Both the position numbers and the translations under genes were made by a program. A stretch of DNA of 63,734 nucleotides, filler included, from Reclinomonas americana ATCC 50394 (lineage: Eukaryota): assembly GCA_048213135.1 (NCBI GenBank). It is 28 parts of 28 records of this genome, joined end to end, with 100 filler letters (N's around TTAATTAATTAA, not from the genome) between each part and the next. Parts side by side here need not be neighbours in the genome. Positions count along the whole stretch, not along the records: positions 1 to 1,323 come from AFZH01024808.1; positions 1,424 to 4,156 come from AFZH01024809.1; positions 4,257 to 6,993 come from AFZH01024810.1; positions 7,094 to 9,818 come from AFZH01024811.1; positions 9,919 to 11,172 come from AFZH01024812.1; positions 11,273 to 13,987 come from AFZH01024813.1; 22 more parts are not named here. The stretch is one strand, 5' to 3'. The stretch's first letter is position 1, and each line of letters starts with the position of its first letter. The notes beneath the pieces are model-generated. The model was not told where the DNA came from, did no database searches, and worked only from the letters and a program-made list of their open reading frames with translations. Below, piece by piece: positions 1 to 12,130 of this stretch.

Positions 1-520
1 GACTGAGAAAGAGACTGAGAAAGAGACTGAGAAAAAGACTGAGCGAGATTGAGAGCAGAGAGACTGAGAGAGACTGAGAGAGAGAGGCTGAGAGAGAGAG
101 AGAGACTGTGAGAGAGACTGAGAGAGACTGCGAGAGACTGAGAGAGACTCTGAGAGAGACTCTGCGAGAGACTACGAGAGACTGCGAGAGACTGAGAGAG
201 ACTGAGAGAGACTGAGAGAGACTGAGAGCGACTGAGAGAGAGAGACTGAGAGAGAATGAGAAGGACTGAGAGAGACTGAGAGAGACAGAGTGAGTGAGAG
301 AGAGAGAGACAGAGAGTGAGACTGAGAATGAGACTGAGAGCGAGAGTGACTGACTGTGACTAAGAGAGAGAGAGAGAGAGACTGAGAGAGGTTGAGAGTG
401 ATTGAGAGAGAACGAGATAGAGACTGAGAGACTGAGAGACTGAGAAAGAGACTGAGGGAGAGACTCAGAAAGAGACTGAGAAAGAAGAGAGAGAGAGAGA
501 GCTTGAGGGAGAGAGAGGGT
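1..520. repeat. GA-rich microsatellite with degenerate GAGAGACT units
   Basis: Tandem GAGAGACT/GAGA units read directly from the sequence; the Ser/Leu ORF here is an artefact of the repeat. Confidence 0.9.
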
Positions 521-772
521 GAGTGGAGGATAGACTTCAAACGCAGAAGACATGCTCACACTCTCTCACTCTTGTATCTAAGAATTGGTGAAAGAGCATC
601 GGTGGAAAGATGGCCCACGTCTCCCTCACTTTCTCTCTCGTCCTCCTTCACTCTCTCTCTCAGCCTTGCTTTCTGTCCTCTGTGATTCACGAGCAAAAGG
701 CAAGGCGAATATTATTAGGATGAAGACAGGAGCGGCGGCAAGGGAGAACAACGATTCTTCACAGCTACTCAC

Positions 773-1085
773 GTGCATTGCGCTCCAATGCCCGCCACAT
801 CATTCGAGCCGCCGGCGGCTGCAGCGGAAAAGTCGAGCTGCTTGCAGCTTCCATTGTCACCGGCAGCGCGGTATGCATAACATCCGGCCACGCCCACAGC
901 CTCGGCGTAGTCGACCAGGCCGAGGGCGTTGGGTGAAATATCGGCGAATGTGCACACCCAGTAGTTGGTGGCGCACAGGGCGGCTGCGGTGGAGTCCAAG
1001 ATGGCGGTCCAGGTGCCGGAGCACGTGCCGACGGCGAGGGTGGCGCTGGCCCAGTAGATGGTTGGTTGGCTGCCGCTGCTGCACA
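773..1085 (-). CDS. Internal exon of a Cys-containing, probably extracellular eukaryotic protein
   Basis: Open frame CSSGSQPTIYW...GIGAQC, preceded by a polypyrimidine tract with a CTACAG acceptor and followed by an AC|GTGAGT donor. Confidence 0.5.
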
Positions 1086-1289
1086 CTGTAGGATGGGGGA
1101 AGGGTTAGGGGAAGCTGAAGGGAAAGGGAGAGGGGGAGAAGGGGGGAAGGGAGGGGAAAGGGGGAAGGGAAAGGGGAGGGAAGGAGGGAGAGGGGGGGAC
1201 GGAGGGAGAGGGAGGAGGGAAGGGGAAAGAGGGAGGGGAAGCGGGGCAAGTAAACGGCTGAGAGTTTGAGGTCTCTCTCTCTCTCTCTG

Positions 1290-1323
<34 letters not shown>

Positions 1324-1423
1324 NNNNNNNNNNNNNNNNNNNNNNNNNNNNNNNNNNNNNNNNNNNNTTAATTAATTAANNNNNNNNNNNNNNNNNNNNN
1401 NNNNNNNNNNNNNNNNNNNNNNN
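1324..1423. other. Artificial contig linker (N-run, TTAATTAATTAA, N-run), repeated throughout the window
   Basis: The same 100-nt spacer with stops in all six frames separates about 28 unrelated contigs. Confidence 0.98.
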
Positions 1424-1877
1424 GGGAAGACGAAGGGGGAAGACGAAGGGGGAAGACGATGGGGAGGAGTAGGGGAAGAGCAAGGGGAAGACGAAGGAGG
1501 GAAGACAAAGGGGAAGACGAAGGGGAGAGCGAAAGGGGAGAGCGAAAGGGGAGAGCGAAAGGGGAGAGCGAAAGGGGAAGAGCAAGGGGGAAGAGCAAGG
1601 GGGAAGAGCAAGGGGGAAGAGCAAGAGGGAAGACGAAGGAGGGGAAGACGAAGGGCGAAGGGGGAAGAGAAGGGGGAAGAGTGGGGGAAGAATGGGGGAA
1701 GAACTGGGAAGACAAGGAGGAAGAGGGGGAGAGACAAGATGAGTATGGAAGGAGCAGGCAGCAGCAAGAGAGAGAGAGAGAGAGAGAGAGCAAGAAAGAC
1801 AAAGGAGACTGCCCAGCGAGAGACAAGAGAGAGAGAGACTGTCCTGCGAGAGACAACAGTGAGAGAGGAGAGGCCAC

Positions 1878-2242
1878 GGAACTGATAACGCGAGGCCAGC
1901 ACAGTGTACTGCGCGTGAGGCAAGTGCGCGCTCTTCAAGAAGAACTGTGTGTGCGCGTGCGTGTCAGTCAAAGTGTCACACTTGATGCACAGTTGAAATG
2001 CAGACCCAAATGGCGTCCAGAGGATACGGCCTGTGTGAGTGCGTGAGTGAGTGTATGAGTGTGAGAGACACACACACAAAGAGAAAGAGAGAGTGGAGTT
2101 GTCGCAACTTGCCAAGAGAGGTTCGCAGAGAGGTCTCATAAGAGCGAGGCACGCGTGTGTCTCCAAAGACCACCTCATCGCGGTCGAGAATGACCGGGCG
2201 ACGAGAGGAGATGTGCTCGCGGAGGAGGAGAAGCGGGTCCAT
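1878..2242 (-). CDS. CDC73: Parafibromin/Cdc73 (PAF1 complex), 5' exons, partial
   Basis: Spliced MDPLLLLREHISSRRPVILDRDEVVFGD...GK/PYPLDAIW/FFLKSAHLPHAQY resembles the Cdc73 N-terminus (DEVIFG, YTLDSILFLL, HPVY); GT-AG introns. Confidence 0.8.
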
Positions 2243-2495
2243 GGTGGTGGTGCGCTCTCGCCGTTTCGCTGTCGACTGTGAATGGGACAAGTCGCGTCCC
2301 ACACGCATTATTCAATGTGGTGGCGAAAAGTGTCCAAATAGAACGCTCTCGTCGCTCCGCCGTAGCCAGTGGTATTCTTTTTTATGTGTCGCAAAATGTT
2401 TTCTCTGGATTCGATCTGGCTTTGTCTCTCACTCTCTAATGTTCGCACTCTGGCAGTCTGATATTGGGAGGACCGAGAATCGCTGTCAATCGCGA

Positions 2496-4156
2496 CTAAC
2501 GCCCATGGGTTGAATTCTGCATCCGGTTGCGCTGACTCTCCGTAAGTGAAGCCAACGGAACGCGGGCTGGCAGCACCGCATCAGTCGTGGCAGTCTTCTT
2601 CGTCGCACGCGGCGCTTCCACTGCCGCCGCTGCACGTTTGACGTTGGGGATGGACGACGATGGCGTTGACTCAGACACGGGTGCTGGCATAGCCGCTGGC
2701 GGCAGCGTGACGAACCACTTGTGCTGCAGAGCATCGGCAGCGCTGATGCGGTCGTCGGGATTCAACTCAGTCATGCGTCTCATGAGGTCGATGGCCAGAT
2801 TCCACTTGTGCCACTGAGCCGACTTCGCCTCCGCACACTCGTCGCGCTTCTCAAGAGTGGCCGCCTGAAGCACCTCCCGCACGTCCATCGGATGCAACGA
2901 ATCCATGTACCACGGGTACTTTCTACCCATCAGCATCATGGCCAACGTCACCCCCAGGCTCCACATGTCGACTTCAACGCCCCACGGATCACGCTCGCCG
3001 TCCCACCCGCACATCTCCGGTGCCTTTGCGAGCACACACAGTCAGCAACACCGACGACACTCCCCAAGCCCCATATGCATACAATCTACGAGTAGTACGC
3101 ACAAGAAAGCCTCGCGTGCCTCGCTCGTTGCCGTACTGGCGAGCGCCGCCGTCGCGCAGAATCACGCACAAGTTGTAGTCGATCAGAACCGCGCGTCGTC
3201 GGCAGCGGTCGAAAAGCACATGCACCGGCTTGATGTCGCAGTGCACAATGTGGCGAGCGTGCATACTGCGGAGCACCAAAAGTGTGTCGCGCATCGCAAT
3301 AGCCACCTCGTCAATGACAAAAGGCATGTCGTCGGGGACTCGCTCGAACACCAGCGTGCCACGCTCCACTTCCTCCCTCACCAGCTGTGGCACGTTGTGG
3401 CGGATGCTTGCGTCGCCGTACAGCGTCTTCACCACTCGCGCCTCCAGCTGCGCTTGTTGTACGCTTGTTGTCTTGGTAACGGTGTTGGTAAGTCCGTTGC
3501 CTCCATCTGTACTCGTCGCCCGCGTGAGCACATGGCCCTTCGGGTGAGGAGTGGCCCCACTCTGCTTCGAGCTCCACGAACGAAGCGGCGGACTGACAAT
3601 GCGGATCAACCCCAAAAATCGGTCCTGGCGTATGCTGACTTTCCCGCCCAGCAGGCCGACAGTTCGGCGTGCCGTCTTCGCGATAGCCAAGAGCACTGCA
3701 TGCAGGGACACCATTGTGCCCACTGTATCATCCGACGCGTATGATAAGACATACGTGCGTAGCAAGAGAAACCTCGGCAAACACCTATTACAACGCACCT
3801 CGATACCCAAGAAACTCGCTGCACAGCATCTTCGAAGCCATCCCTCGCGATTGCGATCCGTGGCAACCGAACTGCCAGACGCCGAGTGCAGAGTACCCGA
3901 CAACGTCCGTCACGGGGTTCACAAAGTGAGCCTCGAAAATAGCCACTGTCGAGTGACCGGTGAGTGCACCGAACACGGTGAGCTGTCTCTCGCATCCTTT
4001 CTCCACGCGTGCAGCCAGGAGAAGCAGTGATACCCACATCGACTCAAACAGCTTCTTGGCGTCAGGATGGCGCAGTAAGCCGAGCGACGTCCGCGCCCGC
4101 CGCTCAACGACGCCATTGTTGCAGAGCAGCCTGACGTCTTCAGCCGTGATCCCGCG
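2496..4156 (-). CDS. Ser/Thr protein kinase with N-terminal extension, 5' partial; introns 3798-3723 and 3102-3024
   Basis: HCDIKP, GTRGF/LAPE, DMWSLG and PDDRISAADALQHKWF motifs; removing the introns restores the frame. Confidence 0.8.
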
Positions 4157-4256
4157 NNNNNNNNNNNNNNNNNNNNNNNNNNNNNNNNNNNNNNNNNNNN
4201 TTAATTAATTAANNNNNNNNNNNNNNNNNNNNNNNNNNNNNNNNNNNNNNNNNNNN

Positions 4257-6993
4257 CGCACCGCCTGCGCCGCTGGCGGGCGCCGTTCGACCAATCACAA
4301 AGTCGGCATTGTCGTTGGCGCCCATGCGAATGGTGTTGCCCGATGACGCTAGCAAACTGGCGAGCGTGACGGGAGAGGAGAAAGTGGTCGAGGAAGCGTT
4401 GACTTGAAGCGCGGCAGAGGCGCTACCGAGCACGACTTGTTGTGCGTTGCTGACGCCAAGATAGAGGCTGCCGCCGCTTCCGCTGCCCTTTCCAGCGTCG
4501 ACATACCTGCGAAGATCGGATGTTGAAGAGTCAGTAAGAAGTCTCATCGGAAAGCGAGAGCACGCAGACAGCGGCGCAACATGTCGCCTGCCACGAATCC
4601 GCCGGTGGTATCTTGGCCAAGAAGGCGTGTGGCAGCTGCGCTAACGTTGACGCGCGATGGCCGCCGCAAAATAAAGTCAGCAGACGAGGAGGTGGTGCCG
4701 AGAAGAATGGTTGACGACTGCGGTGTGAGGCTGAGATCACCACCGCCAGACGTTGTAATAATGGACGCGGCGAGCGAGCCGGTAATTGTCGCTCCGTTGG
4801 TTGCAGCGAGCTGTGGCCAGACACACTCCGGTCAGCTCGAGCACGCACAATGATAGGGCGACAAACGCAACTGCTCCATCAACCACCACTGGAATGCCAG
4901 CACGACCGACGTAGACACCAGTGGAAACCGAGGTGCCGAGACGCACTGCTCCGAGAGGCGATACATACACATCTGTAATGGCCTCGAGAGTCACCTGCGG
5001 TCAAGTGCATCAGGCTAACCGATACCACGACAAGATCAATCAAGAAAAAATAAGGAAGGACAACTAACCGTCTGCGCATTTGTCGTTGAGCCTACAAACA
5101 CAGAGCCGACGGCACCAGCACCCACGGCTGGCGACGACGTCAGCCGGATGCTGCCGCCGTTGGTGGAGCCAAAGACCGGTGTCGGACGCGTCAGCACCAA
5201 CTCCATGCCGTCCGTGTCGCCAAACATTACTTGATTGGACAGCGAGCGAATGGACGAGGTTGACGAGAGCGTCATGCCGCCGTTGACTTGGAGGGAGGAT
5301 GAGGTGGCCACAGAGCCCACAAAGGTTGTGGCCGCACCCATAGTGATGGCACTAGTATTCAGCGTGCCAATCGAAATTCGTCCATGAGGACCTCCGCTGC
5401 CGGCATTCAGAAGCCTGCGGTACACAATCACAACGGGTGAGATGAGCAGCGGGAGTAAGAGATTCGGGAGACGGGGGAAAAGCGCAACAGATCGCCGCCC
5501 GCCGCCGTTCCATTGGGATTGTTCTGACCGGACACCGTGGTCGACATGGCACCACCACTGCCAGCGTATGGCACTCGCGCAAATTCAAAGCCGGCCGAGC
5601 CCGAGCCAAATTGCACAACGTTACTGGCCGACGACACCAGCAACGACCCACTTGGAGCAACCAGCGACGAGGTTTGTACGACCGAATTGACCAGCTGCAA
5701 AAACCAATAAAAGGGGGGCGTGAGACTGGGGTAAGTCCGCAAAGATCCACGCACGCGTGTACGCAACGGCGCCCAGGATGGTGGTGGTCGACATGGCGGA
5801 GCCAATGGTGACAGTGGTCGCCGTGCCGCCAATGACTACAGTGCCTGCCGAATCCACCGTGGTTTGCACACGAGACAACGAATCAGTGCGATCAGTGTCG
5901 GTGAACGAGCCGAGCGTCAGCCTGCCATGAGAGGCGTTGCCGCGACCAGCACGAATGGTCAGGTCGGAACCGACTGTGCCGACGGCGGTTTGATCCGGGC
6001 GGCGCAGCACGAACGAGGCATCGGTGGGATTGCCGAGCATGAGCTGGAAGTGAAGAACTGATGAGCGCGTGGAGAGAGAGCGAAATGACAACAACGCGCG
6101 AACCTGAGTCGCAGATCCGACAACGGTCAGCGGCACATCGGCATTGAGTTGCACACTCGACCCGAACGTGACCGCCTGCGAAAACGAGGCCGACCGCGAG
6201 AACGCACTGGGTGCGTCGACCGCTACAGCGCCGGTAGCCACACCAAGTCGAATCTGCAGTGCGGTTGCGGGGGGCACGCGTGTGAGTCAGCATTCTGCGT
6301 GTGTCCAATCAGTGCACACGTGGCAACAAACCGTGCCCGCGGTGTTCACGGCCAGGCGTACTTCGCCCGTCGTGGTGCCCGCACCACCGTCAATCTCACT
6401 GTGAGTGGATGAGGGGAAAGAACGAAATGCGGTCAGCCACCAACGTGACGCGCTCAACAGCGGTAGGCCGTCATACGAAACATGGAGCCGCCGGCGCTGC
6501 CGATCGCACCCTGTCCAATGAAGCGTGTGGCAGTACCCGCCAAATTGTCGGTTCGTCCGGGGCGAGCCACGATAATTGGTGTCGTGGTGATGCCCAGCAC
6601 AAGCTGATTGTTGGCAGGCTGCAAACTGATGCCGGACAAGGACGCCGAGGTCACCGTGGACACTTGTAGCGTACCGGGGACCTGTGTATACGATGCACGC
6701 AATGAGCGTGCTGCACGATACTGTAGTGGCAGCGGCGGCGGCGGCGAAGCAGCACACCTGCACAGAGTTGGACGCCGATGTTTCCAGCGAGAGTGGACCG
6801 CCGGTTGCCGACAGCGTCAACTTGGTTGTGCTGAGCGACAAGCTCGCAGAGGACAGTGGCGTGGTCAGCTGCACCTTGGCAACGTGCACTGCAACAAGGA
6901 AGTGAGTAACACTGAAGCGGGGGCGCGCAGCAAGAAGCACAACACACACGAACTTGAATCGGTGGTGGCGGCGGAGAAGACGGCATCATTGGA
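4257..6993 (-). CDS. Large Gly/Ser/Thr-rich repeat protein, internal fragment with about 10 introns
   Basis: Exons join in frame across GT-AG introns; recurring module LG..FxxxRP...GQ...GGDxxxxAGxG...GxxxLG. Confidence 0.7.
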
Positions 6994-8519
6994 NNNNNNN
7001 NNNNNNNNNNNNNNNNNNNNNNNNNNNNNNNNNNNNNTTAATTAATTAANNNNNNNNNNNNNNNNNNNNNNNNNNNNNNNNNNNNNNNNNNNNGTCGCTG
7101 ATGTCGCTGGCACCGAACCGTCCGGGCTCCACCACAAGACGGTCGCCTGACGGCGGCCTGTCTCCAACGCTGCAGCCTGGTGAGTGGTGCGTCGTTTGTA
7201 ATTTTCTTCGGGCAGTGGGATTGTCACGAGGAACGACTCACTTGCCGTTGGCGCGTGCACGCACACAGATCTTCGTCATGCGTGGACGATGAAGTATCGC
7301 GAGCAGTCTGGCGAGGCGGTGAATCACTGGTTGTTGAGGAGGTTGCATGATGAGTTGCATCGGGAGGGTTTTGGATTGAAGGTGGATGTGGATGGTGAGT
7401 GGAGGTTGGCGACGAGAGTGTGTTGTTGCGATACAAGGTGCTAATTTGAACAACAGCGCTTCGCGTACTGTGCCAACGTGCGTGCGAGACGGGTGCCATG
7501 GCGCAGACCGACACGGCAGTGCGTCACTGCATGTTGGTGTTGCGACCGGGTGCCGACAAGAAGACTTTTGTGGTGTCAGTTTCGGGTCCGAGCAATGTTA
7601 TTGAGTGTTGGCTGGACGAGTTCAAGCCCGCCGACGATAGCTAGACGGTTGTGTGTGTTTGTGTGTGTTTGTGTGTGTTTGTGTGTGTTCTGTATCAACT
7701 TCTTTGTAATCGCTTGAAAAAATGTTAATGGATGTGGAGTGAAAAACTTACCAACGAACTTTGTGTTCCGGAATAAGTAGGTCGTGGAGGGATCAGGAGG
7801 GTGCTGATCGTGCAGAGGAGGAAGCGAAGCATGCAGGAACTGATGCACCGCTCGACGATGCAGCAGTCGAGCATGACCGGACAAACGCAGAACTGGTTTC
7901 CGGCGAATCATTGCATGTGAGAAGGCGCGTATCTCGTCTCTGTCTTCTCTCTCTTTCTCTGTCTGTGTGCGTGTGTCTCTCCCTTCTCTCTCCGTGCAAT
8001 GGCAAGTGGGTTTGGTCACGGCGATAAGCACATGCTCGACAGTGATCATGAGGAACAGTAAGTTCACCTTGCGATATGTGCATGAAACGCTTGTGTGTGT
8101 GCGTGTGTTGAGACTCACACCTTCACTGACAGTGACAGTGAAGACGAGCATTCGCTGACCACGACAAGATCATCATCAATGGATGTCGACGCGGACCATG
8201 CACAGGTGTGTGTGTCTCATCAATGGAATCTCGCGCGCGCTCGTATCTCACAGTGCCCTTTCGTCGCCTCCGCTCAAGTGCAACCCGTGCCTCGAGTGCC
8301 TAATGTGCATTCATAGCGACAAAACCCACTGTCCGGCGTTTCCGATTGCCGCCGCTCGCCATGCAGAGCCCGTCCCCAACTACCTGCTGGAGTCGATCGC
8401 GAGGAGTGATGTGTACAGAGCAAGCAGCAACAGCAGCAGCAGCAGGTGCAGTGATGAGCATGAGTGGCTGCTGTCTCTCTCTCTCTCTCTCTCTCTGTTT
8501 GTCATGACGCTGATGAACA

Positions 8520-9732
8520 TGTTGAGCAGGAGTGAGCAGGCGTATAACTGCGGCGAGTCGTACCCGGATCCTCCTCCGCTGCAATGGCGACCTCCTCCAC
8601 CACCACCGCCACTGCCACCGGCAGCATACCTCGGACAGCGCATGGTTCCACAGGCAACGGCCATGCAGATTCCGGCGGTTGCATGGGCGTCGAATGCGGG
8701 AGTGCCGACGGCAATCACTGGTGTGGCCAGTTCCACGCCACCATCGCCACCACCACCACCACCACCGCCGCCGCCGCCACCTCCTCCTCCACCGCCGCCA
8801 TCTCCATCACTGTCGTCGACACCGGCCGAGCGAATGGAGAAGCGGCAGAAGCGACGCAAGCTGAAACGGGAGGCCGACGACTCGCAAGTCGCCTTTCAAG
8901 TTTGTGTCGCCGCCGACGGCTTGGCTGTGCAGTATCAATGTGGAGACAAGTGGAAGAATGCTCGCCCGCATGATGGAAATCAACTGCACAAGGTTGAATA
9001 TCGAAACGGTGGATCGGGGGCCACTCACCGCGCTGTTTCGCTGCGCGTCTGTCGCCCTCCCGACCTGCGCCCCCTCACCATTTCGCACTTTGCCACGGGC
9101 CAGCATCCCAGTCGCCGGCTGCAGCAAACCGGGCAGGTCGAATTCACCGTCAGCGGACAGCCCGATGGACGTGTGGATGTGGAATGGCACGCCAACAACC
9201 AGACCAACGGCGGGTGTGCCTTGATTGTGTTTCAGGTGCTGTGGAATGCTGACGCGCCCCTTTTCCTCTCTGTCTCCACCCCGTTGCTCACGCGCAGGGC
9301 AGGTGCACGATGTGCTCGGCGACGTGCCCGTCTACTGCGTTAGTCGCATCTCCACGCCAACGACCTGCGACGGGCCCATTACGCGGTCCAGCTGGAGCAG
9401 GGTATTGCCGCCGTTCAACATTTTCCGGGGCCCCCCGCATTCCATCACGTTGCTGGCCATGCTGCCCGACCGGTGCACGTCGGTGGAGTTTGTGCCGCCC
9501 ACGGTGGTGAAGTCGTCAACGTTTTACATCGCGCCGGTGAGTTGCACGCTGTGATGCACGAGGTTGTTGTACTGAGGCCCTCACTGTGCATGCACAGCTC
9601 CCCAACGCGGATAAGCTGTTCGAGACAAATGTCAATATTCAGTTGCACCAAATGCCGTGGCCTGCGACGCTGCTGGTGAGGCTGGTTTTCGCCAATACCG
9701 AGGACGTTGAGGTGGAAGTGCCGCTCATATAG
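8520..9732 (+). CDS. Hypothetical eukaryotic protein with poly-Pro tracts and a basic NLS-like segment; 5' structure uncertain
   Basis: Long open frame with PPPP tracts and EKRQKRRKLKR; two downstream GT-AG introns lead in frame to TAG at 9730-9732. Confidence 0.5.
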
Positions 9733-9918
9733 CAGCAGAGGCGCTGTAGAGGCCCTTTGTATATATTTTCTGGAAATGTTGTTGTAGCAGTAGATGACAC
9801 AGACAAGTCTCGTTGTGCNNNNNNNNNNNNNNNNNNNNNNNNNNNNNNNNNNNNNNNNNNNNTTAATTAATTAANNNNNNNNNNNNNNNNNNNNNNNNNN
9901 NNNNNNNNNNNNNNNNNN

Positions 9919-10509
9919 ATTGTTCGCCGCGATCATCGCCTTCAGATCGAGGCCGAGCACATGCGGCAGGCGGGTCATGCCCATGATCATCTGCCAGAGG
10001 TCCTGGCGCAGGACGCCGCCTTCGACGAGCCTGATGCCCGGCAGCAGCATCGCCTCCTGCTGGATCTCGGTGGCGCCGATCGCCCAGGAGCCGAAGCTCA
10101 TGCCGCCGACATCGAGCTGGTGCGCGCAGGAGCCCGCCCAGGCGACATGGCGTCCGTGGTGGAAGACCGGAGCGACGATCGACACATCCGGCTGATGGAT
10201 CGCGCCGCGATAGGGGTCGTTGAGGATGAACATGTCACCCTCGCGGATGCCGGGATTGTCCGCGAAGTTCTCGTTGATCGAGCGGATGACCGAGGACATC
10301 GTGCCGGTGTGGAACAGCACCTGCGGCCCCATGGTGACGATCGAGCCGTCGGCGAGATAGAGGCCGTTGTTGAAGTCCGTGGCCTCGGTGACAACCGGCG
10401 AGCCGGAGACCGACTTCAGCGTGATCGCCTGCTCCTCGGTGATGGCCTGCAGCTTGTTGCGCACCACCTCGAAGGTGATCGGGTCGATGCCCTGTTCAGT
10501 CACGGCCAT
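9919..10509 (-). CDS. hyuB: Hydantoinase B/oxoprolinase family protein, 3' partial (bacterial)
   Basis: IDPITFEVVRNKL, SPVVTEATDFN and GDMFILNDPY..H.PD motifs; GGGAGG RBS. Confidence 0.9.
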
Positions 10510-11172
10510 GGCCACCGTCCTCCCGCGTTTCGATGGTGATGTTGGAGTTGGCGTCGAGCCGGGCGATCTGCGCCGCCGCGACGAAGACGGAGGTCTCGGG
10601 ATGCTCGATCACGGCCGGGCCTTCGATCGTGAAATCCACCGGCAGCTCGCGCCAGTTGTAGACGGCGCACTCCATGCGGCGTCCGACGACGGGCTCGAAG
10701 ATCGAGCGCCGGCCGACCTGTGGGATGCCGCTCGGCGCACGCGGCGCGAGCTCGGGCCGGCGTGCCTTGCCGAAGGCCTCGACCCGGACATTGGTGAGCT
10801 CGATGCCGGCCTCGCGGAAGGCCGAGCCCTTGCCGTAGGTCTGCTCGTAGGTCTCTTCGAAGCGCCGCACGAGATCGGCGATCGCCGCTTCGCTTGCATC
10901 GCCGTCGCCGAGCGGAATGATCAGATCGTTGGTCTGGCGGCGATAGCGCAGGTCGGCGCTGCGGATCAGGCCGACATCGCCGGCGGCGACGCCTGCGCGC
11001 GTCATCGCATCCCGGCACTCGGTTTCCAGCTCGGCGAAGGCCTGTGCGATGCGGGCTGCGTCGAGCCCCTCGTTCAGCGGCCGGGCTCCGCCGCCGCCAC
11101 GCATCAGCAGCGCCCGCTCGGTGGCGAACTGCAGATCGGCGGCCAGCGCGCCATAGGCCGAATGCGCCATCG
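10496..11172 (-). CDS. hyuA: Hydantoinase A/oxoprolinase family protein, C-terminal part (bacterial)
   Basis: DLRYRRQ, FEETYEQTYG and GPAVIEHPETS motifs; overlaps the hyuB start. Confidence 0.88.
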
Positions 11173-11312
11173 NNNNNNNNNNNNNNNNNNNNNNNNNNNN
11201 NNNNNNNNNNNNNNNNTTAATTAATTAANNNNNNNNNNNNNNNNNNNNNNNNNNNNNNNNNNNNNNNNNNNNAGTACAGAACGGGAGGCATACACACATA
11301 CATCAAGACACA

Positions 11313-12130
11313 CCTGCGCCAACGAGTACGGCACAGAGCTTGGCAGCAGCACCGCATGCAGCGTGCGCACAATGTCGGGCACCACATGCGCATACACATC
11401 GCCAGCACGCAAGTGTGCCGTCGCAGCCGTCGCCGCAAACTGCGCACACTGCGCTCGTACGCCCTCATTGTCGTTGGCCGAGATCAGCGACACGACGTGT
11501 TCACACAACGAGTCGGTCTGTGGACTCAGTGCCTGTCCTTGCATCGCTCTATACAAAACACACAGGCGTGAGCACGCGAGGTGGCAGATGGAGAGTGGGA
11601 GAAGTGGAGGAGGAGGAGGAGGCATGTACCTGCGCTGCACCACAATCTCATACACCACACGAGCGGTGATGACAGCGGCCTTGAGCACAGGCACCGATCG
11701 GTCGTCATGCAAGACGAAATCCAATGCAGGCAAGGTTGATTCCGCCACTGCAGCGAGTCAATGAGCACACAATGCGCGCGCACAGAGAGAAGAAGTGTGA
11801 GTGTGCGTGTGCGCAACAGTCAGGGCGCAGTCGCACTGCATCGGCAATGAACGACAAGACCCACTTGCGCTGATCGGCGTTGGACGAGGAGATCATCTCA
11901 CACACAAGCGGCAACACAGTCGACACTTCATCGTCTCCTCCTTCAGCAGCAGTCTTGCCTGCCTGCGCCGCCTGGCGTCTTCGCAGGCAGAACTCGGTGA
12001 GCGCGGCCAAACGCTGTGCAAGCTCCTCGCGTGACGATGCCGGCAACATGGCCTCGTGCAACAAGTGCGTGGCATGCTCAATGGCTGCCTGCTGCGAGGC
12101 GGCCAGTGGAGCCTCACTGGCGTCGCTCAT
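11313..12130 (-). CDS. Symplekin/Pta1-like HEAT-repeat protein, 5' exons, partial
   Basis: Spliced helical protein with RKWVLSFIADA and LHDDRSVPVLKAAV..VY segments resembling the symplekin N-terminus. Confidence 0.55.

Noticed and set aside
1090..1860. Long ORFs in purine-rich tracts
   Set aside because: They are translations of low-complexity GA-rich intronic sequence at contig ends.
7575..7645. tRNA suggested by a GTTCAAGCCC T-loop-like motif
   Set aside because: No pairing T-stem or cloverleaf could be built.
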